DNA of 64,000 nucleotides from an uncultured Verrucomicrobiae bacterium. Lineage in GTDB: Bacteria; Verrucomicrobiota; Verrucomicrobiia; Chthoniobacterales; UBA10450. The translations under genes and the position numbers were made by a program. How positions within the stretch are numbered: position 1 is the first letter of the stretch; every line of letters begins with the position of its first letter. The stretch spans positions 384,001-448,000 of the forward strand of contig CAVWPA010000001.1 in assembly GCA_963756875.1 (NCBI GenBank), given 5' to 3'. This document shows, piece after piece, positions 7,948 to 18,004 of this stretch. The notes beneath the pieces were generated by a model. It was not told the origin of the DNA, searched no databases, and saw only the letters and a program-made list of their open reading frames with translations.

Positions 7948-10842
7948 CTATGGATTCATGCAGCGGACTTGGTAAAACCTCGGCCCGGCGCCAGCCCCGG
8001 AATCAGCGGTGCTCTGCGTAAGAATACCCGGGCCGGCCGTCATACCTGACTGCAGCGTTTGCCATGCACCGTTGAGCGTATCCATGAATTCAACCTGGTA
8101 GGTTTTTCCCGGCACGGATGGCCAACTGATGGAAACAACTCCGGTTGCGGGATCGCGGCTGATCTTTGCGCGAAATGCAACGTTCGGATTCAACCAATCG
8201 TAGGTGCCGGTCGCAAACTGATCGGTGATGGGAGAGGTCCAGAGAGTCATGAATTCCCCGGGATCAACATTCCCATCGCCGTTGCCTGTCGGTCCTTGTG
8301 AAGCGAGTGCGCCCCCGTCGGCTGTCTGATAGGCGACGGCCGCCACGTAGATGGTTTGGGGCATCACGCCAAACGCCTCGACCATGTCGATGACGCCTTC
8401 GAGCTGGCCGGAGTTTGTCGGCGCTTTGGCGAGCTGCGAATCGCCAGGGGCATTGAACCAGCCGGCGTAGCCACTTTGGCTTTCGCCGGCGAGGAACGGC
8501 ATGTTTGCCGGAATAGCAATCGTTCCCGCTTTCGTCCACGGAGCGGAGGTCGTCGCACTGTTCAGGAGCTGATTCGAAACAAAAATGAAATGGTCGTTAG
8601 GCCCACCGCTGTTGCCGGGCGACCAGGTGGCTACGTAAAGCTTCGTTCCGCGCACCGCCGCGTAAATCGTCATGCCGTCGGCATTTTGCAGGTAGCTGCT
8701 CGAGTCCGCGGCCCCATTCATGGTGAACGGAATGGGGGTTGCGCCGGGTGTTGGCGTTGGCGTCGGAGTCGGAGTCGGAGTGGGCGTCGGTGTTGGAGTT
8801 GGAGTGGGAGTCGGTGTTGCTTCCGGCGAGACGTAAACGTGCTGGATAGGAGAATTGGCGATATTTCCTTTCGTGTCAGCCGCGGTCACGTAGTAATCGA
8901 CATAGGTGCCGGATAACCCAGTCACCTTCGCGTAATAATAATCAGCGTAGTACTGCGGTGTTGGATCACTGATTCCGCTCGGCACGGCACGGCGCGTCAT
9001 TGCAATGGATTGCCATGAGCCCGTGTCCGCGCCGCCCGCGTAAGTCTTGAATTCGTCGCGGTTCGGAGCGCCACCGTTGCCGTTTGAGCGATATTTCAAG
9101 GTCACGCTGCCAATCCCTGAGGCGTCATAAGCATAGGTCCAGATCCAAAAATCTGTATTCGGAGGCGTGTAGCCCTGATAGCCATACTGGACTCCGAAAT
9201 TCTGGCCTCCGGGGTTCCATGGATGCCGCTGCGGAAGAAAAACGGTCGGCGAAGTCGTGTCCTGCGAAAGGTTGTTGTTCACAACGCTGTCGATTTCGCG
9301 GACGACATTGTTCTGCGCTACGGCGCACCGTTTGATCTGATCGGCCTTTCCGTAGTAAAGAAACCCGCTGTCGAGCCCTCCGAGATAATAATGCCACGCC
9401 AATTCGACGTTGTTGGGTGTGTTGGAATAGCTGCCGGGATCGCGGACCTGATCGATGAGCGGCGTGATACCCGTGATCTGTTGTGCGGTGCGCACACGAT
9501 TCTCCGTGGCGATGGTCGTTCGCCAGAAATCGCCTTTCACGGTGGTGCCGGTGCTGGGATCGACAACGATCTCGCCATTGGCGTCGTTATAGCTTGGCGG
9601 CCAGTTCCAGTTGATGAAGCTAGGCGATCCGAAATCGCTATTGGCAAAGACCCAGCCGCCGTCCTCGACGTGAACGATATCGTTCGGATCGGCTGGGAAA
9701 TCGTGCAGGAATTGCTCGACCGTAGTTGGGTCGTAACCGTCATTTGCCGCCGTTGATGCGAACTGCGGGACCCACTCATTATAATAAGAGTACCCGCCGC
9801 TCCAGGCGTTATCTCCGTCGTGCGCCAAAAGCACCAGGGCCGGCTTGTTCGTGTTATTTCGCGAGGCGATGGGGCCGATAAGGCCCAGGTCCCAGCTGCT
9901 ATAACTGTCCTTCCAACTCAGCGCCTGATCTGCGGGCACGATCGTGATGGTTGACGCCATACCGGTTGCGGGGTCCACGTAGCGTGCGATGTGCACCTGG
10001 TAGCTGAACGGCATCGCCGCCGTGGGCGCACAGCCGCGGTCGATGGTAAGTGTTTGATAATTACCGGCGCCCTGCGCTGGATCGAGCTGGTCGGCCTTAT
10101 TCGGGATGTCGCACATTATTCCGCCCGAACCGAGCATGATCGGCATGTCCGGGCAGCTGCGCGCGAGGTGATTGTTCGCGACGACCGTCCACGTGATGCT
10201 CAATTGATTCAGAATCGGAATCATCCGCTCGGAGAAGCAGCTCTCGGTCGGAAAATATCCGCGCGACACAGGAGGGTTGGTTCCCCAAAAAATCTCCATC
10301 TGGCGCCGATGGATTTTCAATTCCATCAGGAGCGTTGCGTCGCTCAGAAGGGGCGCCATCGCGTGATGATAGGTGAAATTGACCAGATCCATTCGCGGTT
10401 TTCCGCCAGTGGTCGTCCAACCGCGCGCCTCCTGGTTCCACTGATACCATGTGCTGCTGTAATTAAATTGGCCCGCCGCCGCGAGGCTCTGGACGTTCTC
10501 CATCAATGCGCCCGACATGTTGACCTGCGCTCCAGAGTTCGTGAAAGAACCGATCGAGTAGAGAGCATCTCTGGGCTCTCTTTGATAGGCATTCACTCGA
10601 TCGGGCAGGGAAAAGATGGAAGAAAGGTCATCGTCAGGCTCGAAACGGTTGGCATTCTTGGCCTGGATTGTGTCCCAGGCGTTTTCGTAATGATCGCCAT
10701 AGGGACGTTTGTCTGGCCAGTAAATCGGCTGGTGCAGATGCCAGAGCCACGAGGTGTGGATGTTGTGGTTGGTTTGACTCGATGCGATTGCGATCGTTGA
10801 GAAAACGATCAGCACACAAAGAATCTGCGAGCGCAGCGGCAT
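7948..10842 (-). CDS. Secreted GH57/GH119-like glycoside hydrolase with Pro-Thr linker and C-terminal domains
   Basis: WHLHQPIYWP, YHHAMAPL, GYFPTExxFSER and HDGDN resemble GH57/GH119 conserved regions; (PT)n linker. Confidence 0.75.
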   Translation of the reverse strand: MPLRSQILCVLIVFSTIAIASSQTNHNIHTSWLWHLHQPIYWPDKRPYGDHYENAWDTIQAKNANRFEPDDDLSSIFSLPDRVNAYQREPRDALYSIGSFTNSGAQVNMSGALMENVQSLAAAGQFNYSSTWYQWNQEARGWTTTGGKPRMDLVNFTYHHAMAPLLSDATLLMELKIHRRQMEIFWGTNPPVSRGYFPTESCFSERMIPILNQLSITWTVVANNHLARSCPDMPIMLGSGGIMCDIPNKADQLDPAQGAGNYQTLTIDRGCAPTAAMPFSYQVHIARYVDPATGMASTITIVPADQALSWKDSYSSWDLGLIGPIASRNNTNKPALVLLAHDGDNAWSGGYSYYNEWVPQFASTAANDGYDPTTVEQFLHDFPADPNDIVHVEDGGWVFANSDFGSPSFINWNWPPSYNDANGEIVVDPSTGTTVKGDFWRTTIATENRVRTAQQITGITPLIDQVRDPGSYSNTPNNVELAWHYYLGGLDSGFLYYGKADQIKRCAVAQNNVVREIDSVVNNNLSQDTTSPTVFLPQRHPWNPGGQNFGVQYGYQGYTPPNTDFWIWTYAYDASGIGSVTLKYRSNGNGGAPNRDEFKTYAGGADTGSWQSIAMTRRAVPSGISDPTPQYYADYYYAKVTGLSGTYVDYYVTAADTKGNIANSPIQHVYVSPEATPTPTPTPTPTPTPTPTPTPTPTPGATPIPFTMNGAADSSSYLQNADGMTIYAAVRGTKLYVATWSPGNSGGPNDHFIFVSNQLLNSATTSAPWTKAGTIAIPANMPFLAGESQSGYAGWFNAPGDSQLAKAPTNSGQLEGVIDMVEAFGVMPQTIYVAAVAYQTADGGALASQGPTGNGDGNVDPGEFMTLWTSPITDQFATGTYDWLNPNVAFRAKISRDPATGVVSISWPSVPGKTYQVEFMDTLNGAWQTLQSGMTAGPGILTQSTADSGAGAGPRFYQVRCMNP

Positions 10843-10893
10843 CGCGCGGGAGACTAGCCGAGTTATTCTACCTTATGCAACTAATTGGTATGA

Positions 10894-10952
10894 TGTAGCC
10901 CCGCCTCTGTGAGGAGTCGCATGCTTAGACGGCGCACAGCGCCGTGGCTACA
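10894..10952. repeat. GTAG-type REP-like element
   Basis: tgtagcc...ggctaca arms. Confidence 0.75.
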
Positions 10953-10956
10953 GTTC

Positions 10957-11815
10957 TTACTGTCCATGCATCCGCACAGCAAGGGTGACGGAATCGCCCG
11001 AGCTGCAGATGTAGTACCAGCGAAACGTCGCCGGCGCCATACACCGGATAAAAGGTATACGGCTCACCATCGAAAAAGACCGGGTTATTCCAGTCGATCA
11101 TGATGGCCCGGGAAGACGAGTAAGAACTCACGGCGACGGAATCGCTGAAATTAAACGAACGCGAATCGCGAAAGTCGCCCCGGCCATTGTACAACGTGCC
11201 TCCGCTTCCATTGTACGGTGTGTATCGCCAGTTCCGGACGCCATTTGTCGGGTACCAGTCTGCCGTGAAAACCTCCCCTTCGCTTTCAAGAGGAATCGTT
11301 CTGCTCACCACGGTTCTGGTGCCGACATTGTCGATGAAAGCAGGCTGAATGTGATCTTCGCCAGCGAAGCGGTACGAATAGAAGGCGATTTCGTAATCCA
11401 GGCCGCCCCACTGGCTCAAATTAATCGGGTGACCGTACGTGACATCAAAAACACGAACATGGGAATGCCGCCGCGCGATTGTCGGAGCCTCCGTTGAACG
11501 CGTTTTCGCTTCGCGCGCGTTCGCCGCCTCAATTGCGGCGGCTTCTTGCTTTGAAACAGCCAGATTGGAATTGCGGAGCCACTGAATCAACGAGTCGCTG
11601 GCTCCCTGGGATTTCAATATCTTTTCTTGCGGCTGGCTCAAAGTATGGAGAAGCTTGCGTTGTTCGACATCAGTCTTAATTGAGGCTTCGCTTTCGTTTG
11701 CACGAACCAGAAGGGAGATTTCGCTGAAGCCGATCGGGCGTGCTGAAACCAGGGCAACGCCTGCGAACAAGATCGCAGCGGTAATGGATAAACTATAAAC
11801 AGTGGGGAGCTTCAT
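10957..11815 (-). CDS. Hypothetical secreted protein, apparent frameshift near 11020
   Basis: Signal peptide from ATG 11815; removing one G gives a C-terminus VSLYYICSSGDSVTLAVRMHGQ* ending just before the REP. Confidence 0.65.
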
Positions 11816-11917
11816 AATCACCGGTTTTACCATGGTCCTCGTGACTTTTGCAATCCTAAAAGGAGGCTTCTCCGGAGGTTTGGAACTTCGGATTTTGGGG
11901 TTCCCCACTGAACCAGG

Positions 11918-11945
11918 TTGACAGCACGCAAGAGTGCCCTATTGT
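11918..11945 (+). promoter_or_regulatory. sigma70-type promoter for the rplA operon
   Basis: TTGACA-16 nt-TATTGT about 55 nt upstream of the rplA ATG. Confidence 0.65.
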
Positions 11946-11961
11946 GCGCGTCCCGATTACA

Positions 11962-11990
11962 GCAGGAGAGCGAAGGCTCATTTGGACTGC
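11962..11990 (+). promoter_or_regulatory. Putative ribosomal protein L1 mRNA-binding (autoregulatory) site
   Basis: GCAG-GA-GAGC(GAAG)GCTC-ATTTGGA-CTGC: two stems with an asymmetric GA loop just before the rplA start, like known L1 operators. Confidence 0.6.
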
Positions 11991-11998
11991 ATAAAATT

Positions 11999-12700
11999 AT
12001 GGCTCAACATCGCAGCAAACGTTATCGCGCCGCCGTGGAGCAGGTGGACCGATCGAAGACTTACGGCCTGGCCGACGCGGTCACGACATTGAAGAAGTTT
12101 CCGCCGACCAAGTTCGATCAAACCGTGACGATTTCATTTCGGCTTGGCGTCGATCCGAAGCAGTCCGACCAAATGGTGCGCGGGACTTGCGCGCTGCCGC
12201 ACGGAAGCGGCAAACAAGTACGAGTGCTGGTTTTCGCCGAAGGCAAGGCGGCCCAGGAGGCCAAAGATGCCGGAGCGGAATTCGTCGGCTTCAAAGACAT
12301 GATTCAGAAGTGCCAGGAAGGTTTTCAGGATTTTGACGTGGCGGTTGCGACCCCTGCGGCGATGGCTGAAGTCCGCAAACTTGGGAAAGTGCTCGGGCCG
12401 CGCGGATTAATGCCGAACCCGAAAGCGGGAACGGTGACCGACGATACAGCCAAAGCCGTCCGGGAAGTGAAAGCCGGCCGTGTAGAATTCAAGCTGGATA
12501 AAAACGGCAACGTGGCGGTGCCGGTTGGAAAATTTTCGTTCGAAGAAAACGCGCTGGTGGAGAATGGGAACGCGGTGATCGATGCGGTGGTCCGTGCACG
12601 GCCCGCTACCGCGAAGGGACGTTTCCTTGACGCCATGACGTTAAGCGCGACAATGTCGCCCGGTTTGCATCTGGATCCGGCGCCGTATTTGAGTGTCTGA
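11999..12700 (+). CDS. rplA: 50S ribosomal protein L1
   Basis: [28 protein letters not shown]. Confidence 0.98.
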   Translation: MAQHRSKRYRAAVEQVDRSKTYGLADAVTTLKKFPPTKFDQTVTISFRLGVDPKQSDQMVRGTCALPHGSGKQVRVLVFAEGKAAQEAKDAGAEFVGFKDMIQKCQEGFQDFDVAVATPAAMAEVRKLGKVLGPRGLMPNPKAGTVTDDTAKAVREVKAGRVEFKLDKNGNVAVPVGKFSFEENALVENGNAVIDAVVRARPATAKGRFLDAMTLSATMSPGLHLDPAPYLSV

Positions 12701-12731
12701 GAAGTACCGAGAAGAATTAGAGACCGACAAC

Positions 12732-13265
12732 ATGAGACCTGAAAAAGCCAGCATCGTTTCCGATCTTGCCGCGCAATTGAACGGCTCGCCGTTCGTGCTG
12801 GTGGCCGATTATCAGCACATGAAGGTGGGCGATTTTAGCGAGCTGCGGAACCGGCTTGCCGCGGCGGGGGCCGAAGTTCACGTGATCAAAAACAGCTACC
12901 TGAAACGGGCAATGACGGAGGCCGGTTTTCCGGCGGTCGATGAAAAGCTGGGCGGCCAGACGGCGATTGTGACGGGGCAGAATGATGTCGCGCCGATTGC
13001 AAAGATCTTGAAAACGTTCGCGACGGAATTCAAAAAGACGGCGTTAAAGGTGGGGCTGATTGAACGAGCGATTGTTTCCACCGCACAGTTGGAAGTGCTG
13101 GCCGATTTACCGTCACGCGAAATTTTGCAGGCACAGTTGCTTGGTTTGCTGCTCTCACCGGCGACAAAGCTTGTGCGCTTATTGAACGAGCCGGCTTCGG
13201 CACTGGTGAGGTTGTTGAGCGCGAAAGCCGGAAAAGAAGGAAAAACAGCGGAGGCAGCTGGATAA
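12732..13265 (+). CDS. rplJ: 50S ribosomal protein L10
   Basis: VIKNSYL and LADLPSREIL motifs; operon position. Confidence 0.95.
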   Translation: MRPEKASIVSDLAAQLNGSPFVLVADYQHMKVGDFSELRNRLAAAGAEVHVIKNSYLKRAMTEAGFPAVDEKLGGQTAIVTGQNDVAPIAKILKTFATEFKKTALKVGLIERAIVSTAQLEVLADLPSREILQAQLLGLLLSPATKLVRLLNEPASALVRLLSAKAGKEGKTAEAAG

Positions 13266-13268
13266 CTT

Positions 13269-13304
13269 TGCAGGGCCACCCGAAAGATTCGCGGTTGCCC
13301 TACA
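13269..13304. repeat. Short REP-like palindrome between rplJ and rplL
   Basis: tgcagggc...gccctaca. Confidence 0.6.
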
Positions 13305-13391
13305 GTAAACAAAACAAAAACTGTCCGGGCTGATGGCTATCGGTCTTAATTGCGCGAAGGCTTTCGCGCGCGGCAATTGGAGGAAATAAAA

Positions 13392-13778
13392 ATGGCAGAT
13401 ACAGGAAAAATAGTGGAGCAACTCAGCAGTTTGTCCGTGCTGGAGATTGCGGGTTTGGTTAAGGAACTCGAGGAAAAATGGGGCGTCAGCGCGGCCGCGC
13501 CGGTCGCAGTGGCGGCAGCACCCGCCGGCGGAGCAGGCGCAGCGGCGCCCGCGGCTGAAGAGAAAGCTACTTTCGATGTGATCCTGAAGGAAATGGGCGC
13601 AAACAAAATCGGCGTGATCAAAGAGATCCGGGCCGCGGTTCAAGGGCTGGGATTGGCGGAAGCCAAGGCGCTGGTCGAAGGCGCGCCAAAGCCGATCAAG
13701 GAAGGCATCCCCAAGCAGGAAGCCGAGGAGATCAAGAAAAAGGTCGAGTCGGCCGGCGCGAAAGTCGAGATCAAGTAA
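13392..13778 (+). CDS. rplL: 50S ribosomal protein L7/L12
   Basis: [33 protein letters not shown]. Confidence 0.98.
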   Translation: MADTGKIVEQLSSLSVLEIAGLVKELEEKWGVSAAAPVAVAAAPAGGAGAAAPAAEEKATFDVILKEMGANKIGVIKEIRAAVQGLGLAEAKALVEGAPKPIKEGIPKQEAEEIKKKVESAGAKVEIK

Positions 13779-14163
13779 GCTCGTCGGTTCTTCGGTTTTC
13801 GGCTGGGAGCCAGTTTCGAGAAGAATATTGGCGCTCCTATCGTCTTCCGGTGGCCGCCGCCAGGGTCTCGCCCCACCAGTAAGGGGCCCAGCAAAAACGC
13901 TTCGAAAAAGCTTGCGCGGCTGGCGTTTTGGTTTTAGCCTCGATTTCTGTTAGAAGTAAGAGAGACTTATTTTTAACCTGCGGGTAATTGTTAAAGTTAA
14001 AGAAAAAGAATTGGCAACAGAACAGTGGGTGGTCGATTTGACAAGCTGCTGTTTTGATGTGATTTTTGCGTCCCTCGCTTCCCGGTTTTTGCCGTAAACC
14101 CTGTACACAATCGGCCGCAATTCGTTGTGGACCGGTGCGAGATCAACCCTTGGTCTAGTGACT

Positions 14164-17100
14164 ATGTCAGAAGGAAATTCGCAGCGCATTCAGTTCGGTT
14201 CCATCAAGGAAGCTATTGAGCCGCCGAACCTCATCGAAGTCCAAATCAATTCCTATGTAGATTTTCTACAGAAGGACGTGCCGTTTGCCAAACGCAAGAA
14301 CCACGGATTGCAGGCGGTCTTCAAGGAAGTTTTCCCGATCGAGAGCTACGACGAAAAGGCGGTGCTCGATTTCAGCCATTACGACATTGGCGAGCCGAAA
14401 CTGAGCGCGCTGGAGGCGCAACGAGAGAGCCAGACTTACAGCGCGCCGCTGCACGTCACTTTCCAATTGAGGGAAGAAAAAGGGACGAAGGAAGAGAAAG
14501 TTTACATGGGCGAGATCCCGCTCATGACGGCGCAGGGGACTTTCGTCATTAACGGCGCGGAGCGCGTAGTGGTTTCCCAGTTGCATCGCTCGCCCGGCAT
14601 CGCGTTTGAATCGAGCGTGCACCTGAACGGCAAGGTGCTCTACAGTTTTCGCATCATCCCAGACCGCGGTTCGTGGATTGAGGTGCAATTCGATACCGCC
14701 GATCTGCTTTATATTTACCTCGATCGCCGGAAACGGCGCCGGAAATTCCTCGCGACCACTTTCCTGCGTGCGCTCGGTTACGGTTCCGACGAGGAAGTCA
14801 TCAAGCTTTTTTACAACATCGAGAACCTCAAGTTGAGCGAAAGGCTCGACGAGGAAAAACTCGCGACCAAGGTGTTGACGGCAGAAGTGCTCGACGGGGA
14901 AGTGACTGTCGCCCGTGCATTCGAGCCGCTCACCCTGGCCACCGTGCGCCAGATCATGGGACTGGGCATTAAGGAAGTGAAAGTCATCGATATTTCGAGT
15001 GATGACACCGTGGTGAAGGCCTTGAGAAAAGACCCGGCGCACGATCAGGAAGAGGCGCTCAAGGACATTTATCGCCGGCTCCGCCCTGGCGATCCGCCGA
15101 CGGTTGCCAATGCCCGCGCTTTGCTTAAGCGGCTCTTTTTCGATCCGAAGAAATACGATCTTGGCCGGGTTGGCCGATACAAGATCAACCAAAAACTCGG
15201 AATCGATGTCGATCTTGGCGAGCGAATTTTGACGGACAAGGATTTCATCGCCGCGATCAAGTATTTGATCAATTTGCGTCGAGGCGAGGGAACGCTGGAC
15301 GACATCGATCACTTGGGCAGCCGCCGGGTGCGCACGGTCGGCGAACTGCTGGCCAATCAGTGCCGGGTCGGCCTGGCGCGGACGGAACGTCTGGTCAAGG
15401 AGCGCATGACGTTGTTTGACATCAACGTCGATGGGATGACGCCGCAGAAGCTGATTAACCCAAAGGCGCTCAGTGCCGTCATTCGCGATTTCTTCGGGCG
15501 TTCGCAACTTTCCCAGTTCATGGATCAAACCAATCCGCTTGCCGAATTGACGCACAAGCGGCGCTTATCGGCGCTCGGGCCAGGCGGCTTAAGCCGCGAT
15601 CGCGCTGGTTTCGAAGTGCGCGACGTGCATCCGTCCCATTACGGACGCATTTGTCCGATCGAAACGCCGGAAGGCCCAAACATCGGACTCATCAGCTCGA
15701 TGTCCACGTTCGCGCGCATTAACGAATTCGGCTTTATCGAGACGCCGTATCGAAAGGTCCACAACGGTCGCGTGACCGATGAGATCGAATATCTCACCGC
15801 CGATCGCGAAGAAAATTATCTTGTCGCGCAGGCGAACGCAACGGTTGACGGTCGCGGTCATTTCACCGGCGAGAAAGTGTCGGTTCGATATCGCGGCGAT
15901 TTTCTCGAAGTGGAGCCGGGGAAGGTCCACTACATGGATGTCTCGCCGAAGCAGCTCGTTTCGGTCGCGGCGGGATTGATTCCATTTCTCGAACATGACG
16001 ATGCGAATCGCGCGCTGATGGGTTCGAACATGCAGCGCCAGGGTGTGCCGTTGATCGTTTCGGAAGCGCCACTGGTGGGGACTGGGCTCGAGGGGAAAGT
16101 GGCCCGCGATTCCCACGCTGTATTGATTGCCGCGGAAAGCGGCAAGGTGGCATCGGTTACGGCGGACCAGATTATTATTACCAAGGACGGGCGGATGCCG
16201 GAAAGCCGGCGGAAATTGAAAAGCGACCCTGAAGCCGGAGTGCACGTTCACGAGCTGCGCAAATTCATGCGCTCGAACGCCGGCACCTGTGTGAATCAAA
16301 AGCCGATTGTAAAGAAGGGTCAGCATGTCAAGCGCGGCCAGGTAATCGCAGACGGACCGAATACCGAGCATGGCGAACTTGCCCTCGGTCGCAACGTGCT
16401 CGTCGCGTTCATGCCTTGGAACGGTTACAACTTTGAAGACGCCATCATGATTTCGGAGAAAGTCGTGAAGGAGGACATCTACACTTCCATTCACATCGAC
16501 GAATTCGAAATCGGCGCGCGCGATACCAAACTCGGTCCGGAAGAAATCACACGCGACATTCCGAACGTCAGCGAAGAAGCCCTGCGCAATCTGGGGCCGG
16601 ACGGGGTGGTGCGCGTGGGAGCGGAGGTGAAGCCGGGTGACATTCTAGTCGGTAAAATTACTCCGAAGAGCGAGACTGAGCTGGCGCCGGAAGAACGGTT
16701 GCTGCGGGCGATCTTCGGCGAAAAAGCCGCCGACGTGAAAGACACGTCGCTGACGGTCCCCTCAGGGACTTACGGAATCGTCATGGATGTGAAGGTTTCG
16801 TCGCGCAAGGAAGTGTCGCGCGAGAAACTCACGCCTGCGGAAACGAAAAAGCAGATCAAGGCAATTACGGAAGAGCACCGGCGCAAGAGGGAAGAGCTGA
16901 CGGAGCAACTGACCGATGCCCTGTCAAATATTTTGCTTGGGGAAAAGATTCCGCTCGATGTGGTGAATGCCGAGACGGGCGAAATTATCATTCCGGCCAA
17001 TCGCAAGATCACCAAGACGCTTTTGCGCAAGCTGGCGAACGTTTACGATCATATCGAGATCGATCCGAGTCCGATTCGCAACAAGATCCGCGAGATCATT

Positions 17101-17973
17101 GCGCATTACGAACACAAGTTCGCGGAGCTCGAGCTTGAGCGTGAGCGCTCCATGGACCGTGTTGAGAGCGGCGATGACATCGATCCGGGCATCATCAAAC
17201 AGGTCAAGGTTTACATTGCCTCGAAGCGGAAACTTTCCGTCGGCGACAAAATGGCGGGCCGCCACGGCAACAAGGGTGTCGTCGCGCGCATCGTGCCGGA
17301 AGAAGACATGCCGTTCCTGGCAGACGGGACGCCGGTTGAAATTGTTCTTAATCCGTTAGGCGTTCCCAGCCGAATGAACGTGGGTCAGGTGCTTGAAACT
17401 CACCTTGGCGTCGCGGCAAAAGCGCTCGGCTTCAAGGTCGCCACACCGGTTTTCGACGGCATCGCGGAGTCAAAGATCCGTGAATACCTAAAAGAGGCGC
17501 GCAAGAAGGAGGGCTTCAGCTGGGTGCAGGAAAATGGAAAGGCACATTTGTTCGACGGCCGCACGGGCGATCAGTTCGACCAGGAAGTTGTGGTCGGCCA
17601 CATCTACATGATGAAGCTCGGCCATTTGGTCGCGGACAAGATCCACGCGCGCGCGGTCGGCCCGTATTCGTTGGTCACGCAGCAGCCGCTGGGTGGAAAG
17701 GCGCAGTACGGCGGACAGCGCTTCGGGGAGATGGAAGTGTGGGCTCTGGAAGCTTACGGCGCCGCGTACACCTTGCAGGAATTGCTCACCGTAAAATCGG
17801 ACGACGTGCAAGGCCGCACCCGTATCTACGAATCGATCGTCAAAGGCGACAATTCGCTCGAGGCGGGAACACCTGAGTCTTTCAACGTGTTGATCAAGGA
17901 AATGCAGAGCCTTGGCCTCGACATCAAGGTCGGCGGCCAGGCGCCCAGCAGCGTCTTTGACACCGTAGCTTAA
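14164..17973 (+). CDS. rpoB: RNA polymerase beta subunit
   Basis: [35 protein letters not shown]. Confidence 0.99.
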   Translation: MSEGNSQRIQFGSIKEAIEPPNLIEVQINSYVDFLQKDVPFAKRKNHGLQAVFKEVFPIESYDEKAVLDFSHYDIGEPKLSALEAQRESQTYSAPLHVTFQLREEKGTKEEKVYMGEIPLMTAQGTFVINGAERVVVSQLHRSPGIAFESSVHLNGKVLYSFRIIPDRGSWIEVQFDTADLLYIYLDRRKRRRKFLATTFLRALGYGSDEEVIKLFYNIENLKLSERLDEEKLATKVLTAEVLDGEVTVARAFEPLTLATVRQIMGLGIKEVKVIDISSDDTVVKALRKDPAHDQEEALKDIYRRLRPGDPPTVANARALLKRLFFDPKKYDLGRVGRYKINQKLGIDVDLGERILTDKDFIAAIKYLINLRRGEGTLDDIDHLGSRRVRTVGELLANQCRVGLARTERLVKERMTLFDINVDGMTPQKLINPKALSAVIRDFFGRSQLSQFMDQTNPLAELTHKRRLSALGPGGLSRDRAGFEVRDVHPSHYGRICPIETPEGPNIGLISSMSTFARINEFGFIETPYRKVHNGRVTDEIEYLTADREENYLVAQANATVDGRGHFTGEKVSVRYRGDFLEVEPGKVHYMDVSPKQLVSVAAGLIPFLEHDDANRALMGSNMQRQGVPLIVSEAPLVGTGLEGKVARDSHAVLIAAESGKVASVTADQIIITKDGRMPESRRKLKSDPEAGVHVHELRKFMRSNAGTCVNQKPIVKKGQHVKRGQVIADGPNTEHGELALGRNVLVAFMPWNGYNFEDAIMISEKVVKEDIYTSIHIDEFEIGARDTKLGPEEITRDIPNVSEEALRNLGPDGVVRVGAEVKPGDILVGKITPKSETELAPEERLLRAIFGEKAADVKDTSLTVPSGTYGIVMDVKVSSRKEVSREKLTPAETKKQIKAITEEHRRKREELTEQLTDALSNILLGEKIPLDVVNAETGEIIIPANRKITKTLLRKLANVYDHIEIDPSPIRNKIREIIAHYEHKFAELELERERSMDRVESGDDIDPGIIKQVKVYIASKRKLSVGDKMAGRHGNKGVVARIVPEEDMPFLADGTPVEIVLNPLGVPSRMNVGQVLETHLGVAAKALGFKVATPVFDGIAESKIREYLKEARKKEGFSWVQENGKAHLFDGRTGDQFDQEVVVGHIYMMKLGHLVADKIHARAVGPYSLVTQQPLGGKAQYGGQRFGEMEVWALEAYGAAYTLQELLTVKSDDVQGRTRIYESIVKGDNSLEAGTPESFNVLIKEMQSLGLDIKVGGQAPSSVFDTVA

Positions 17974-18004
17974 TTTTAACAACGACAGTCACATTGGAGA
18001 TTAA

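Noticed and set aside
8746..8818. Hexamer tandem repeat as a contingency locus
   Set aside because: It encodes a Pro-Thr linker with varied synonymous codons
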